From: Escherichia coli
GTDB taxonomy: Bacteria > Pseudomonadota > Gammaproteobacteria > Enterobacterales > Enterobacteriaceae
Strand: one strand, 5' to 3'
NCBI RefSeq assembly: GCF_014168675.1
Contig: NZ_AP021933.1
Length of the DNA: 32,000 nt
The translations under genes and the position numbers were made by a program. This document shows positions 19,966 through 29,335 of this stretch, piece by piece. Numbering within the stretch: the stretch's first letter is position 1; each line of letters opens with the position of its first letter. The notes under the pieces are model-generated. The model was not told the origin of the DNA and did not search any database. It worked only from the letters and a program-made list of their open reading frames with translations.

Positions 19966-20225
19966 GTGAAGTGTCCCAGCCTGTTTATCTACGGCTTAAA
20001 AAGTGTTCGAGGGGAAAATAGGTTGCGCGAGATTATAGAGATCTGGCGCACTAAAAACCAGTATTTCACATGAGTCCGCGTCTTTTTACGCACTGCCTCT
20101 CCCTGACGCGGGATAAAGTGGTATTCTCAAACATATCTCGCAAGCCTGTCTTGTGTTGACAACATTTTCTGCTAACCCTGTGACCTGCAATACTGTTTTG
20201 CGGGTGATCGACAAGGAGACTTAAC

Positions 20226-21683
20226 GTGTCTGAACTGTCTCAATTATCTCCACAGCCGCTGTGGGATATTTTTGCCAAAATCTGTTCTATTCCTCACCCG
20301 TCCTACCATGAAGAGCAACTCGCTGAATACATTGTTGGTTGGGCAAGAGAGAAAGGTTTCCATGTCGAACGCGATCAGGTAGGTAATATCCTGATTCGTA
20401 AACCTGCCACCGCAGGTATGGAAAATCGTAAACCGGTCGTCTTGCAGGCCCACCTCGATATGGTGCCGCAGAAAAATAACGACACCGTGCATGACTTCAC
20501 GAAAGATCCTATCCAGCCTTATATTGATGGCGAATGGGTTAAAGCGCGCGGCACCACGCTGGGTGCAGATAACGGCATTGGTATGGCCTCTGCACTGGCG
20601 GTTCTGGCTGACGAAAACGTGGTTCACGGTCCGCTGGAAGTGCTGCTGACCATGACCGAAGAAGCCGGTATGGACGGTGCTTTTGGCTTACAGAGCAACT
20701 GGTTGCAGGCTGATATTCTGATTAACACCGACTCCGAAGAAGAAGGTGAAATCTACATGGGTTGTGCGGGGGGTATCGACTTCACCTCCAACCTGCATTT
20801 AGATCGTGAAGCGGTTCCAGCTGGTTTTGAAACCTTCAAGTTAACCTTAAAAGGTCTGAAAGGCGGTCACTCCGGCGGTGAAATCCACGTTGGCCTGGGT
20901 AATGCCAACAAACTGCTGGTGCGCTTCCTGGCGGGTCATGCGGAAGAGCTGGACCTGCGCCTTATCGATTTCAACGGTGGCACACTGCGTAACGCCATCC
21001 CGCGTGAAGCCTTTGCGACGATTGCTGTCGCAGCTGATAAAGTCGACGCACTGAAATCTCTGGTGAATACCTATCAGGAGATCCTGAAAAACGAGCTGGC
21101 AGAGAAAGAGAAAAATCTGGCATTGCTGCTGGACTCTGTTGCGAACGATAAAGCTGCCCTGATTGCGAAATCTCGCGATACCTTTATTCGTCTGCTGAAC
21201 GCCACCCCGAACGGTGTGATCCGCAACTCCGACGTGGCAAAAGGCGTGGTCGAAACCTCCCTGAACGTCGGTGTGGTGACCATGACTGACAATAACGTAG
21301 AAATTCACTGCCTGATCCGTTCTCTGATCGACAGCGGTAAAGACTACGTGGTGAGCATGCTGGATTCTCTGGGTAAACTGGCTGGCGCGAAAACCGAAGC
21401 GAAAGGCGCATATCCTGGCTGGCAGCCGGACGCTAATTCTCCGGTGATGCATCTGGTACGTGAAACCTATCAGCGTCTGTTCAACAAGACGCCGAACATC
21501 CAGATTATCCACGCGGGCCTGGAATGTGGTCTGTTCAAAAAACCGTATCCGGAAATGGACATGGTTTCTATCGGGCCAACCATTACCGGTCCACACTCTC
21601 CGGATGAGCAGGTTCATATCGAAAGCGTTGGTCATTACTGGACACTGCTGACTGAACTGCTGAAAGAAATTCCGGCGAAGTAA
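20226..21683 (+). CDS. pepD: Aminoacyl-histidine dipeptidase (peptidase D)
   Basis: 485 aa MSELSQLSPQPLWDIFAKICSIPHPSYHEEQL.... Confidence 0.98.
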   Translation: MSELSQLSPQPLWDIFAKICSIPHPSYHEEQLAEYIVGWAREKGFHVERDQVGNILIRKPATAGMENRKPVVLQAHLDMVPQKNNDTVHDFTKDPIQPYIDGEWVKARGTTLGADNGIGMASALAVLADENVVHGPLEVLLTMTEEAGMDGAFGLQSNWLQADILINTDSEEEGEIYMGCAGGIDFTSNLHLDREAVPAGFETFKLTLKGLKGGHSGGEIHVGLGNANKLLVRFLAGHAEELDLRLIDFNGGTLRNAIPREAFATIAVAADKVDALKSLVNTYQEILKNELAEKEKNLALLLDSVANDKAALIAKSRDTFIRLLNATPNGVIRNSDVAKGVVETSLNVGVVTMTDNNVEIHCLIRSLIDSGKDYVVSMLDSLGKLAGAKTEAKGAYPGWQPDANSPVMHLVRETYQRLFNKTPNIQIIHAGLECGLFKKPYPEMDMVSIGPTITGPHSPDEQVHIESVGHYWTLLTELLKEIPAK

Positions 21684-21693
21684 TAACGATAAC

Positions 21694-21720
21694 GTCCACG
21701 CCTGCGGGCGTGGACTTCTG
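21694..21720 (+). terminator. Terminator downstream of pepD
   Basis: GTCCACGCC-TGCG-GGCGTGGAC-TTCTG: 9-bp GC-rich stem followed by a T-containing tail. Confidence 0.75.
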
Positions 21721-21973
21721 TTTGAAGCCAATGGCTATCTATATCGAAATAACAAAACATTATGAAACTCATGAAAAGGTCGCATATTTATATAGCTGCG
21801 ACCATATTTCATGGGGGGAGTTTCTGATCACCAAAGAAAGTTTTGCGCTGGAATCCGTGAAAGAACTTAAGGGTGAAAAGCAGAATTTTTATATGTTCAG
21901 AGCCTGGGGCAAAGTCAGGAAAACATACTTAGCCACGGGAGAATTTCCCCAGGAAACATGTTACGCCGCTTAA
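21710..21973 (+). CDS. Small hypothetical protein (87 aa as listed; probable start at MAIYIEITKHYETHEK)
   Basis: ORF with reasonable composition between the pepD terminator and the convergent membrane-protein gene. Confidence 0.5.
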   Translation: MDFCLKPMAIYIEITKHYETHEKVAYLYSCDHISWGEFLITKESFALESVKELKGEKQNFYMFRAWGKVRKTYLATGEFPQETCYAA

Positions 21974-21989
21974 AGTCAGAATTATTTTT

Positions 21990-22499
21990 TCATGCATTTA
22001 CCATTTTGGCATTACGCCTGTACCACATGGCAATGGCGGCAACCACTAATGCCAGTTCAAGTAAAAACGACCAGTGTAATAAAAAATTGAGCCACCACGG
22101 ATGATGTACCGCCGTAATATGAAAGAGTGCAAAGGGTTGGTTAACGAAAGGCATCAACCACCAGATATCACCGACCAGCGTATCGAGTAATAAATGCACG
22201 ATACCATTCAGGCAAAACACCACGCCCAACCACGCCGGAAGTTTATTCTTCGCAATTGCGGCCCAAACTAATGTCGCCGCCAGCAGAGCAAACCATAATA
22301 ATGGCCAATGAGACGGGTAAAGATGATGATGGCGTTGCCCGTTATCAACCAGATAGCACCAGAAAAGATCAAAATCGGGCGCAATGGCCCCAACTAAGCC
22401 AATAACCATCGCCCAGCGCGCATGACGAGCAATCAGTGGCAAGCGTTTCACTAAAGTACAAGTTATTAAATAACCAGCCGGAAGATGACCGATAAACAT
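21990..22499 (-). CDS. YdjM-like membrane-bound metal-dependent hydrolase family protein
   Basis: MFIGHLPAGYLITCTLVKRL...GLVGAIAPDFDLFWCYLVDNGQRHHHLYPSHWP...NGIVHLLLDTLVGDIWW, the family's His/Asp pattern with transmembrane segments. Start reassigned from 22553 to 22499. Confidence 0.75.
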   Translation of the reverse strand: MFIGHLPAGYLITCTLVKRLPLIARHARWAMVIGLVGAIAPDFDLFWCYLVDNGQRHHHLYPSHWPLLWFALLAATLVWAAIAKNKLPAWLGVVFCLNGIVHLLLDTLVGDIWWLMPFVNQPFALFHITAVHHPWWLNFLLHWSFLLELALVVAAIAMWYRRNAKMVNA

Positions 22500-22560
22500 G
22501 ACGATTCCTTTCGTTTTGCCCGCCGCTTTCATATAGAAAACGGCGGGAGACATTCCTCAA

Positions 22561-23175
22561 TTACACAGCAACAAAAGCCATCCCTGTAAATGTCCGTCGC
22601 GGGTTGCCACGTTCAATCTGGTGATGGAACATTCGCCGCTGCGATTTCAGCACCGCGCTATTTTCCTGTTGCTGTTGTTCCAGCTTCCATGCAATCAGCA
22701 ATCGCGCCAGCCGCTTGTTAGCATGCTGACTACGCTCTGACTGAACCTTCACGCTAATTCCGGTAGCCAAATGCGTGGCGCGTACCGCCGAGTCGGTTTT
22801 ATTGACATGTTGACCGCCCGGCCCCGACGAACGCAGCGTCTCATAACGGATCGCGTCGGATTGCTCCTGCTCATCAGCGGTAAAACGCCCAATGCCCAGA
22901 AACCAGTTTTTGCGCCTATGATGAGGCCGATACGGACTCGGACAAATCCACTGAATAGTGCCGCACCAACTTTCGCTTAATGCCCATGCGTTATCGCCAT
23001 CCAGAGAAACCAGCGCTGAACGCAGCGTGTCAGAGTAGCGGCCCGTTTCTGTTTCCAGCACCGTTACCGCGACGTCTTGTCGGGTAGCTTCTTTAATCAG
23101 CCTGTCCAGCGCCTTTTTCACTGCCAGGCAACATTCTTCCGGCCCCTGAGCTGAGGAGAGTTGTAGCAAGATCAT
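22561..23175 (-). CDS. prfH: Peptide chain release factor homologue PrfH (full length, 204 aa)
   Basis: [26 protein letters not shown]...[28 protein letters not shown], the GGQ class-I RF motif; ATGA overlap with the upstream rtcB2 stop. Confidence 0.93.
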   Translation of the reverse strand: MILLQLSSAQGPEECCLAVKKALDRLIKEATRQDVAVTVLETETGRYSDTLRSALVSLDGDNAWALSESWCGTIQWICPSPYRPHHRRKNWFLGIGRFTADEQEQSDAIRYETLRSSGPGGQHVNKTDSAVRATHLATGISVKVQSERSQHANKRLARLLIAWKLEQQQQENSAVLKSQRRMFHHQIERGNPRRTFTGMAFVAV

Positions 23176-24311
23176 CCTTTTTTCCCTCCACTGTTTTTGA
23201 GCGTTAGCACCGGACGCAGTCGCGCGACAGGAATAATTAACCCAGCCTGCACCAGACATTGCACCACGCTTTCAGCCGATTTATAAGCTTGTGGCGCTTC
23301 TTCAAAGATGAGTTGTTTATCGCGACAAATTACCCGGCTGCCAAGTTCAGTACGTGAGAGCTGCGTCGCTGTGTATTTCGCTGCCAGACGCCCTTTACAC
23401 TCAGTACGTCCCCATTTGCGCCCTGCCCCATGCGCCAGCGAGTGGAGCGTTTTTTCGTTCGCAACAGGTTTAACCAGCCAGGAGTAATCGCCGCGTGAAC
23501 CGGGAATAATCACCAGACCGTTGTCATCCGGCGTGGCGCCTTTACGATGCAACCAGCCCTGTTGATCGCCGATTTGGCACGCGCTAACAAAGTTATGCGC
23601 CACATCCAGAACCGGACTTCCGGTGGCCTTAACTTGTTGCATTATGCGCAAAGCGATCAGCTGGCGATTAATACGCGCAAACGCCAGCGCATCATCATGT
23701 TCCACAATATAACTTAGCGCGTCGTCACTGCCTTCAGGCAAACCATGATGCGAAAACGAGGCAATATGCCGCTGTAAAATAGACTGGCCCAAACCCCGCG
23801 AGCCGCTATGAACCAGCAGTTGCAGATGCTGCGCATCCAGACCTGTCAGTGCAAACAGTTCAGCGTCGATAATTTGATCAACTTGTTGCAGTTCTGCGAA
23901 GTGGTTTCCGCCACCGATGGAACCCAGCGAGCTGCGCCACGGATGCTGTGCTAACGCTGACGGCAGGTTTTCCTCCAGCCAGCTTTCTTCAGCAACGTCA
24001 TCCAGCGCAGATAATCGCTTTTCAAACTTATCGGCGTTGTATTTGCGCGCGAAAATATCTGTTTGCCATAGCGCCATACCGCAGCCGATATCATTGCCGA
24101 CCAGTGCCGGGTAAAAACGGCCTACGGAGAAGAACGCTGCGCCAATCGGATAGCCGCGTCCGGGGTGTAAATCTGGCATCCCTACTACGCGTTGCATGTC
24201 GGGTAAATTTGCCGTGGTGTGTAATTGTTGGATCGCTAAACTCTCGATCCACAGGTCATCAGATGCGATGGTAAATACCGCATCGGATAAGGGACGAATA
24301 TATTTGCCCAT
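23172..24311 (-). CDS. rtcB2: RtcB2-type RNA ligase, operon partner of PrfH
   Basis: [60 protein letters not shown]...GNDIGCGM...GSRGLGQ... RtcB motifs; start chosen at 24311, with an alternative at 24323 (MEWYMGK). Confidence 0.92.
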   Translation of the reverse strand: MGKYIRPLSDAVFTIASDDLWIESLAIQQLHTTANLPDMQRVVGMPDLHPGRGYPIGAAFFSVGRFYPALVGNDIGCGMALWQTDIFARKYNADKFEKRLSALDDVAEESWLEENLPSALAQHPWRSSLGSIGGGNHFAELQQVDQIIDAELFALTGLDAQHLQLLVHSGSRGLGQSILQRHIASFSHHGLPEGSDDALSYIVEHDDALAFARINRQLIALRIMQQVKATGSPVLDVAHNFVSACQIGDQQGWLHRKGATPDDNGLVIIPGSRGDYSWLVKPVANEKTLHSLAHGAGRKWGRTECKGRLAAKYTATQLSRTELGSRVICRDKQLIFEEAPQAYKSAESVVQCLVQAGLIIPVARLRPVLTLKNSGGKKG

Positions 24312-24346
24312 GTACCATTCCATTTATGAATAAAAATCAGGAAATG

Positions 24347-24396
24347 GCAGACGAATCCAGGGCAAGAAAAAAAGAATTAATCCTGGAAAGGTCTGC
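24347..24396 (-). promoter_or_regulatory. Imperfect hairpin in the rtcB2-prfH leader
   Basis: Minus strand GCAGAC-CTTT-CCAGG-(20 nt)-CCTGG-ATTC-GTCTGC: 6-bp outer and 5-bp inner stems with a symmetric 4/4 internal loop. Confidence 0.45.
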
Positions 24397-24424
24397 AAAG
24401 AGTCATTGATAAAGGATTTGTCAT
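24377..24424 (-). CDS. Candidate 15-aa leader peptide MTNPLSMTLCRPFQD upstream of rtcB2-prfH
   Basis: ATG 6 nt after AAGGAGG, which is much stronger than the Shine-Dalgarno of rtcB2 itself; TAA at 24377-24379. Confidence 0.4.
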   Translation of the reverse strand: MTNPLSMTLCRPFQD

Positions 24425-24465
24425 GATTTACCTCCTTGCAGTTTGTGGAATAAGAAAACGCGCAC

Positions 24466-24494
24466 ATACTAGGCGGGCGTTATTTTCTTTGCAA
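24466..24494 (-). promoter_or_regulatory. Putative promoter of rtcB2-prfH operon
   Basis: Minus strand TTGCAA - 17 bp - TAGTAT, upstream of the leader ORF. Confidence 0.5.
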
Positions 24495-24501
24495 GCTGGA
24501 T

Positions 24502-24954
24502 TTAATGTTGCGGTTTATATCGCATATAAAAATTAGTAAACCACGCTCCCCGGCATTCAACGCGCTGCTGCTTAACTGTCTGAAAACCATAACGTTCAAA
24601 AAAGGGTTTTGCGGTTATGCTGGCATCTACCGTTAGTTCGGATTCAGACTTAATCAAAGGTTTTAACAAAGCGCTGGCAACCCCACGGCGGGTGTATTCA
24701 GGGTCAACAAATAACATATCGATATAGTGTTCAACGCAGGTAATAAAGCCGACCAGTTTTGCATTAATGACTGCAACCCGCACTTGTGATTTCGCGAGTT
24801 TCTCCTTCCAGCGAGATTCGTCAATCTGCGCCCAGGCGGCAATTTGTTGTGGTGAATAATGCTGACTGGCGGTCATCGTAACCGCTCTAAGGAAAATAGC
24901 GCATAGTTGCTGAAAATCGCCAGGCTGATAGTTTCTTATTTGTATGTTATTCAT
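24502..24954 (-). CDS. yafP: GNAT-family N-acetyltransferase YafP
   Basis: 150 aa [43 protein letters not shown]...; ATGA overlap with dinB. Confidence 0.95.
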   Translation of the reverse strand: MNNIQIRNYQPGDFQQLCAIFLRAVTMTASQHYSPQQIAAWAQIDESRWKEKLAKSQVRVAVINAKLVGFITCVEHYIDMLFVDPEYTRRGVASALLKPLIKSESELTVDASITAKPFFERYGFQTVKQQRVECRGAWFTNFYMRYKPQH

Positions 24955-26006
24955 AATCCCAGCACCAGTTGTCTTTCCATTTGAGGGTCAAGTAACGTCA
25001 CATGCAGCCCCACCAGACGCACACCGCGCCCGCCACGGCGTTCATTCCAGGTTTTACGCGCGGTGGCGATTAAGTCAGCTTTATTCAGCCGCGGCCAGAC
25101 GTGCTCCTGAGTGGTTTGCTGAAAATCATCAAACTTTAATTTCACCCCCTGGCGAGCAATCAGTAAATCAGGTTTTACCTTTGCCAGACGGCGTTCAAGT
25201 TCAGGATACAGCCGCTCAATAATCGCTTCACATTCAGACCAGTGATGAATATCTTCCGCCATCGTGCGTTCCACGCCGACGGATTTTCGCAACCGTTCGC
25301 TGTTAACGTCGCGCTCGTCAATCCCCTGACTACGCTCCCACAAAATGCGTCCAAATTTGCCAAAACGTTTGAGCAGAGTCACCAGATCACACTTTTGCAC
25401 ATCACCGCAGGTCCGCAGCCCCATCGCTTCCAGTTTTGCCGCCGAGACTTTGCCGACGCCGGGAATTTTTGCCAGCGGTAAGGTTTGCAGAAATGCCGGA
25501 ACTTCTGCCGGCGTAATCACAAACTGACCGTTGGGTTTATTCATGTCGGAAGCAATTTTGGCGAGAAACTTTACCGGCGCAACGCCCGCAGATGCCGTCA
25601 GTTGCAGCTCGTTAAAGATCGTCTGGCGGATTTCCTGGGCGATGAGGGTCGCGGAGCCGTGGCAATGCACACTATCGGTGACGTCGAGATAGGCTTCATC
25701 CAGTGATAACGGTTCAATGCGCGAGGTATAGCGCGAGAAAATTTCGCGGATATGATTTGAGGCTTCTTTGTAGGCGTCAAAGCGCCCTGGAAGCAGCGTG
25801 AGATGTGGGCATAATTTGAGCGCCATCCCTGTCGGCATAGCGCTGCGTACGCCAAATTTACGCGCGGGATAATTGGCGGTGCTGATCACCCCCCGACGTT
25901 CGCGGCTGCCGCCAATAGCAATAGGGATATCGCGCAGGGCAGGATTGTCGCGCATCTCCACCGCTGCGAAAAAGCAGTCCATATCCACATGAATGATTTT
26001 ACGCAT
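24951..26006 (-). CDS. dinB: DNA polymerase IV
   Basis: 351 aa [33 protein letters not shown]...[12 protein letters not shown]-family motifs. Confidence 0.98.
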   Translation of the reverse strand: MRKIIHVDMDCFFAAVEMRDNPALRDIPIAIGGSRERRGVISTANYPARKFGVRSAMPTGMALKLCPHLTLLPGRFDAYKEASNHIREIFSRYTSRIEPLSLDEAYLDVTDSVHCHGSATLIAQEIRQTIFNELQLTASAGVAPVKFLAKIASDMNKPNGQFVITPAEVPAFLQTLPLAKIPGVGKVSAAKLEAMGLRTCGDVQKCDLVTLLKRFGKFGRILWERSQGIDERDVNSERLRKSVGVERTMAEDIHHWSECEAIIERLYPELERRLAKVKPDLLIARQGVKLKFDDFQQTTQEHVWPRLNKADLIATARKTWNERRGGRGVRLVGLHVTLLDPQMERQLVLGL

Positions 26007-26022
26007 TGCTCACCTCTCAACA

Positions 26023-26038
26023 CTGGTAAAGTATACAG
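26023..26038. promoter_or_regulatory. LexA box of dinB
   Basis: CTGGTAAAGTATACAG (reverse complement CTGTATACTTTACCAG), 17 nt upstream of the dinB start. Confidence 0.9.
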
Positions 26039-26076
26039 TGATTTCAGGGCTTGAGAAATGCGTAAAGATTCAGCAT

Positions 26077-26967
26077 TTAACGCGTTCGCTGTGAAAGCAC
26101 CTGCTGCTTATCCAGCTTTTGCACCAGCGGCTGCACCACTTTATCCCCATGCTGACCAAAGTATTGATACAGCGTATCGGACGCGCTTTTAGTCAGCACC
26201 ATAATCTCAATGCGCCGGTTGCCCGCGCTTTGCGGATTTTTCGCGTCCAGCAGCATCTGGTCCGCCATTGCGCTCACCTGCATCACTTTATCTTCCGGCA
26301 TTCCTGCCTCTTCCAGCACCCGACGAGCCGAAAGCGCGCGGTCACCCGAAAGGTTCCAGTTGTTGTAGATATTGTTTTTGTAGGCCATCGCATCGGTATG
26401 CCCGGTAATAATAATTTTGTTATCGAGCGAGTCGAACACTGGCGCGAGCTCCACCAGCAGCGTTTTAAAGAACGGCATAATCTGCGCGCTGCCACGTTCG
26501 AACATATTGCGATTCTGGTCGTCTTTAATCAGCACGCGTAATCCCTGCGGGACAATCTCCATCTCCAGATTCGCTTCCATATGCGCATCACGGGCAATGG
26601 TGTTGATACTGGTTGCCAGCTCACCAAGCTCGGTGGCGGATTTCTTCTTCAGCAGCGCCGTTTTCTCGTTGACGTCGCGCGCTTTTTTCTCCGTTTCTTC
26701 CGGCACCGCCACGGTGGCAGGTTTTGACGGATGAGACGGGCTGATTTTATTTAACGGCGACAGCCCACCACCGTTAAAAATCGACTGCCCGTGCAGCGCG
26801 GCGATAATGCTTTCACGCTCGGATTTACTGACGCTGTTGACAATCAACTTTATCGTCGTCACCAAAGGGGCCGAGCGTATTTCCGAGGTTTCTGCCCGCT
26901 TTACCCTGGACGCGATGCCCGGCAAGCAGATGGCGATTGACGCCGATCTTAACGCCGGGTTGATCAA
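26077..26967 (-). pseudogene. lafU: Truncated LafU (MotB-like, Flag-2 remnant); the 5' part of the ORF is antisense to fhiA sequence
   Basis: C-terminal OmpA/MotB-like domain (IITGHTDAMAYKNNIYNNWNLSGDRALSARRVLEEAG...NRRIEIMVL). The N-terminal ~50 residues derive from the complement of fhiA. Confidence 0.85.
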
Positions 26968-28546
26968 TCAGGCGCAGGCGCAGACCCGGCGTAAAGATGT
27001 TGCCAGCGAGGCCGATTTCTACGGCGCGATGGACGGGGCATCGAAGTTTGTGCGCGGGGATGCCATCGCCGGGATGATGATTCTGGCGATCAACCTGATC
27101 GGCGGCGTCTGTATCGGGATCTTCAAATACAACCTGAGCGCCGACGCCGCCTTCCAGCAGTATGTGCTGATGACCATCGGCGACGGGCTGGTGGCGCAGA
27201 TCCCTTCCCTGCTGCTCTCCACCGCGGCGGCGATTATCGTCACCCGCGTCAGCGACAACGGCGATATCGCCCATGACGTGCGCCACCAGCTGCTGGCAAG
27301 CCCGTCGGTGCTCTACACCGCCACCGGGATCATGTTTGTGCTGGCGGTGGTGCCGGGGATGCCGCATCTGCCATTTTTGCTGTTCAGCGCCCTGCTTGGC
27401 TTTACCGGCTGGCGGATGAGCAAACGCCCGCAGGCGGCGGAGGCGGAAGAGAAAAGCCTCGAAACACTGACCCGCACCATCACCGAAACCAGCGAGCAAC
27501 AGGTCAGTTGGGAAACCATTCCGCTGATCGAGCCTATCAGCTTAAGTCTCGGCTACAAGCTGGTGGCGCTGGTGGACAAAGCGCAGGGGAACCCGCTCAC
27601 CCAGCGGATTCGCGGCGTGCGGCAGGTGATATCCGACGGCAACGGCGTGCTGCTACCGGAGATCCGCATTCGGGAAAACTTCCGCCTCAAGCCCAGCCAG
27701 TACGCCATTTTCATCAACGGCATTAAGGCTGATGAAGCGGATATTCCGGCGGATAAACTGATGGCCCTGCCCTCCAGTGAAACCTACGGTGAGATTGACG
27801 GCGTGCTGGGGAACGACCCGGCGTATGGGATGCCGGTCACCTGGATCCAGCCCGCGCAGAAGGCGAAGGCGCTGAATATGGGGTATCAGGTGATCGACAG
27901 CGCCAGCGTAATTGCCACACATGTGAATAAGATTGTGCGCAGCTATATTCCTGACCTCTTTAACTATGACGATATTACGCAGTTGCATAACCGCCTGTCG
28001 TCGATGGCACCGCGCCTGGCGGAGGATTTGAGCGCGGCGCTCAATTACAGTCAGTTGCTGAAAGTGTACCGGGCGCTGCTGACCGAAGGCGTTTCCCTGC
28101 GCGATATCGTCACCATCGCCACCGTGCTGGTTGCCAGTAGCGCGGTGACCAAAGATCATATTCTGCTGGCGGCTGATGTGCGCCTGGCGCTGCGGCGCAG
28201 CATTACCCATCCGTTCGTTCGCAAACAGGAGCTGACGGTGTATACGCTGAATAATGAGCTGGAAAATCTGCTGACCAACGTAGTGAATCAGGCGCAACAG
28301 GGCGGCAAAGTGATGCTCGACAGCGTGCCGGTGGACCCGAATATGCTTAACCAGTTCCAGAACACGATGCCGCAGGTGAAGGAGCAGATGAAAGCGGCGG
28401 GGAAAGACCCTGTGCTGCTGGTGCCTCCGCAGTTGCGCCCTTTGCTGGCGCGCTACGCAAGGTTGTTTGCGCCGGGGCTGCATGTGCTGTCGTATAACGA
28501 AGTGCCGGACGAGCTGGAGTTGAAGATTATGGGGGCGTTGATGTAG
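26807..28546 (+). pseudogene. fhiA: 5'-truncated FlhA/LfhA-like flagellar export protein (Flag-2 remnant)
   Basis: FlhA homology starts at INFIVVTKGAERISEVSARFTLDAMPGKQMAIDADLNAG; the N-terminal membrane part is missing. Confidence 0.88.
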
Positions 28547-28549
28547 GTA

Positions 28550-28652
28550 TCCGGCATCTGCGCACAACCGCCGGATGCGGCGTGAACGCCTTATCCGGCC
28601 TACCGTTCAGGCACGATTCGTAGGCTAAGCGTAAGCGCATCCGGCATCGGCG
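28550..28652. repeat. REP/BIME-like elements downstream of fhiA and next to rayT
   Basis: GCCGGATGCGGCGTGAACGCCTTATCCGGCCTAC and GTAGGCTAAGCGTAAGCGCATCCGGCATC in opposite orientations. Confidence 0.85.
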
Positions 28653-28657
28653 CGCAA

Positions 28658-29155
28658 TTATACAATGATACGCTCCCCGGCACTAAAATCCGTTACGTCC
28701 CCCGCCCAATCGATGGGATATAACCCCTTCGCGACATCGCGATGAAACGTTGAGAATGGCCAATCACTCACTTGCTTTACCCAGCCATGTTTTACTGGAT
28801 TTATATAAATATAATCAACATGATGGCGATAGTCTTTGGTATTGCGGATGGCGTGCTCCCAAAAACGCGGTTGCCAGATATTTTGCAATCCACAAGCATG
28901 GGTGAACTGTTTTTTAATCTCCCGCCAGCGAGAGGAAAAATCATCATCGCTTTCGGGTAATGTCCAGATACAGTGCATATGCTCCGGCAAAACTACCCAG
29001 GCGTTAATTTCAAAAGGTCTGGCTCGCTTAACGTTAATAATGACTTTACGGAGCATCTGGAACTGAGCGGTCAGAAGATGGCTTCGACGATTTCGTAGGT
29101 TAACCGTGAAAAACCAGGTTCCCCCTTTGATGTAATAACGACGATATTCAGACAT
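28658..29155 (-). CDS. rayT: REP-associated tyrosine transposase RayT (YafM)
   Basis: 165 aa MSEYRRYYIKGGTWFFTVNLRNRRSHLL...HMHCIWTLPE...YIYINPVKHGWV motifs of TnpA-REP/IS200-like proteins. Confidence 0.93.
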   Translation of the reverse strand: MSEYRRYYIKGGTWFFTVNLRNRRSHLLTAQFQMLRKVIINVKRARPFEINAWVVLPEHMHCIWTLPESDDDFSSRWREIKKQFTHACGLQNIWQPRFWEHAIRNTKDYRHHVDYIYINPVKHGWVKQVSDWPFSTFHRDVAKGLYPIDWAGDVTDFSAGERIIV

Positions 29156-29249
29156 GGCGACTCCTTTTTCTCAACGGTAAGAAGAAAAGGAAAGGTCGGC
29201 AATGAGGTGATGGAATAACGGGAAAGCGGCTCGCATAAACGCACAGATT

Positions 29250-29335
29250 TGTAGGCATGATAAGACGCGCCAGCGTCGCATCAGGCATCGGTGCACAATT
29301 GCCGAATCCGGCGTGAACGCCCTCTCCGTCCTACA
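29250..29335. repeat. REP-like elements upstream of rayT
   Basis: GTAGGCATGATAAGACGCGCCAGCGTCGCATCAGGCATCGG and ATTGCCGAATCCGGCGTGAACGCCC. Confidence 0.75.

Noticed and set aside
20847-21731. 294-aa minus-strand ORF across pepD, and similar antisense ORFs in proA, proB, phoE, frsA and dinB
   Set aside because: Fully overlap well-known genes on the other strand; typical GC-driven spurious ORFs.
27653-28567. 304-aa minus-strand ORF antisense to fhiA
   Set aside because: Pro/His/Arg/Gln-rich shadow frame with no recognisable motif.
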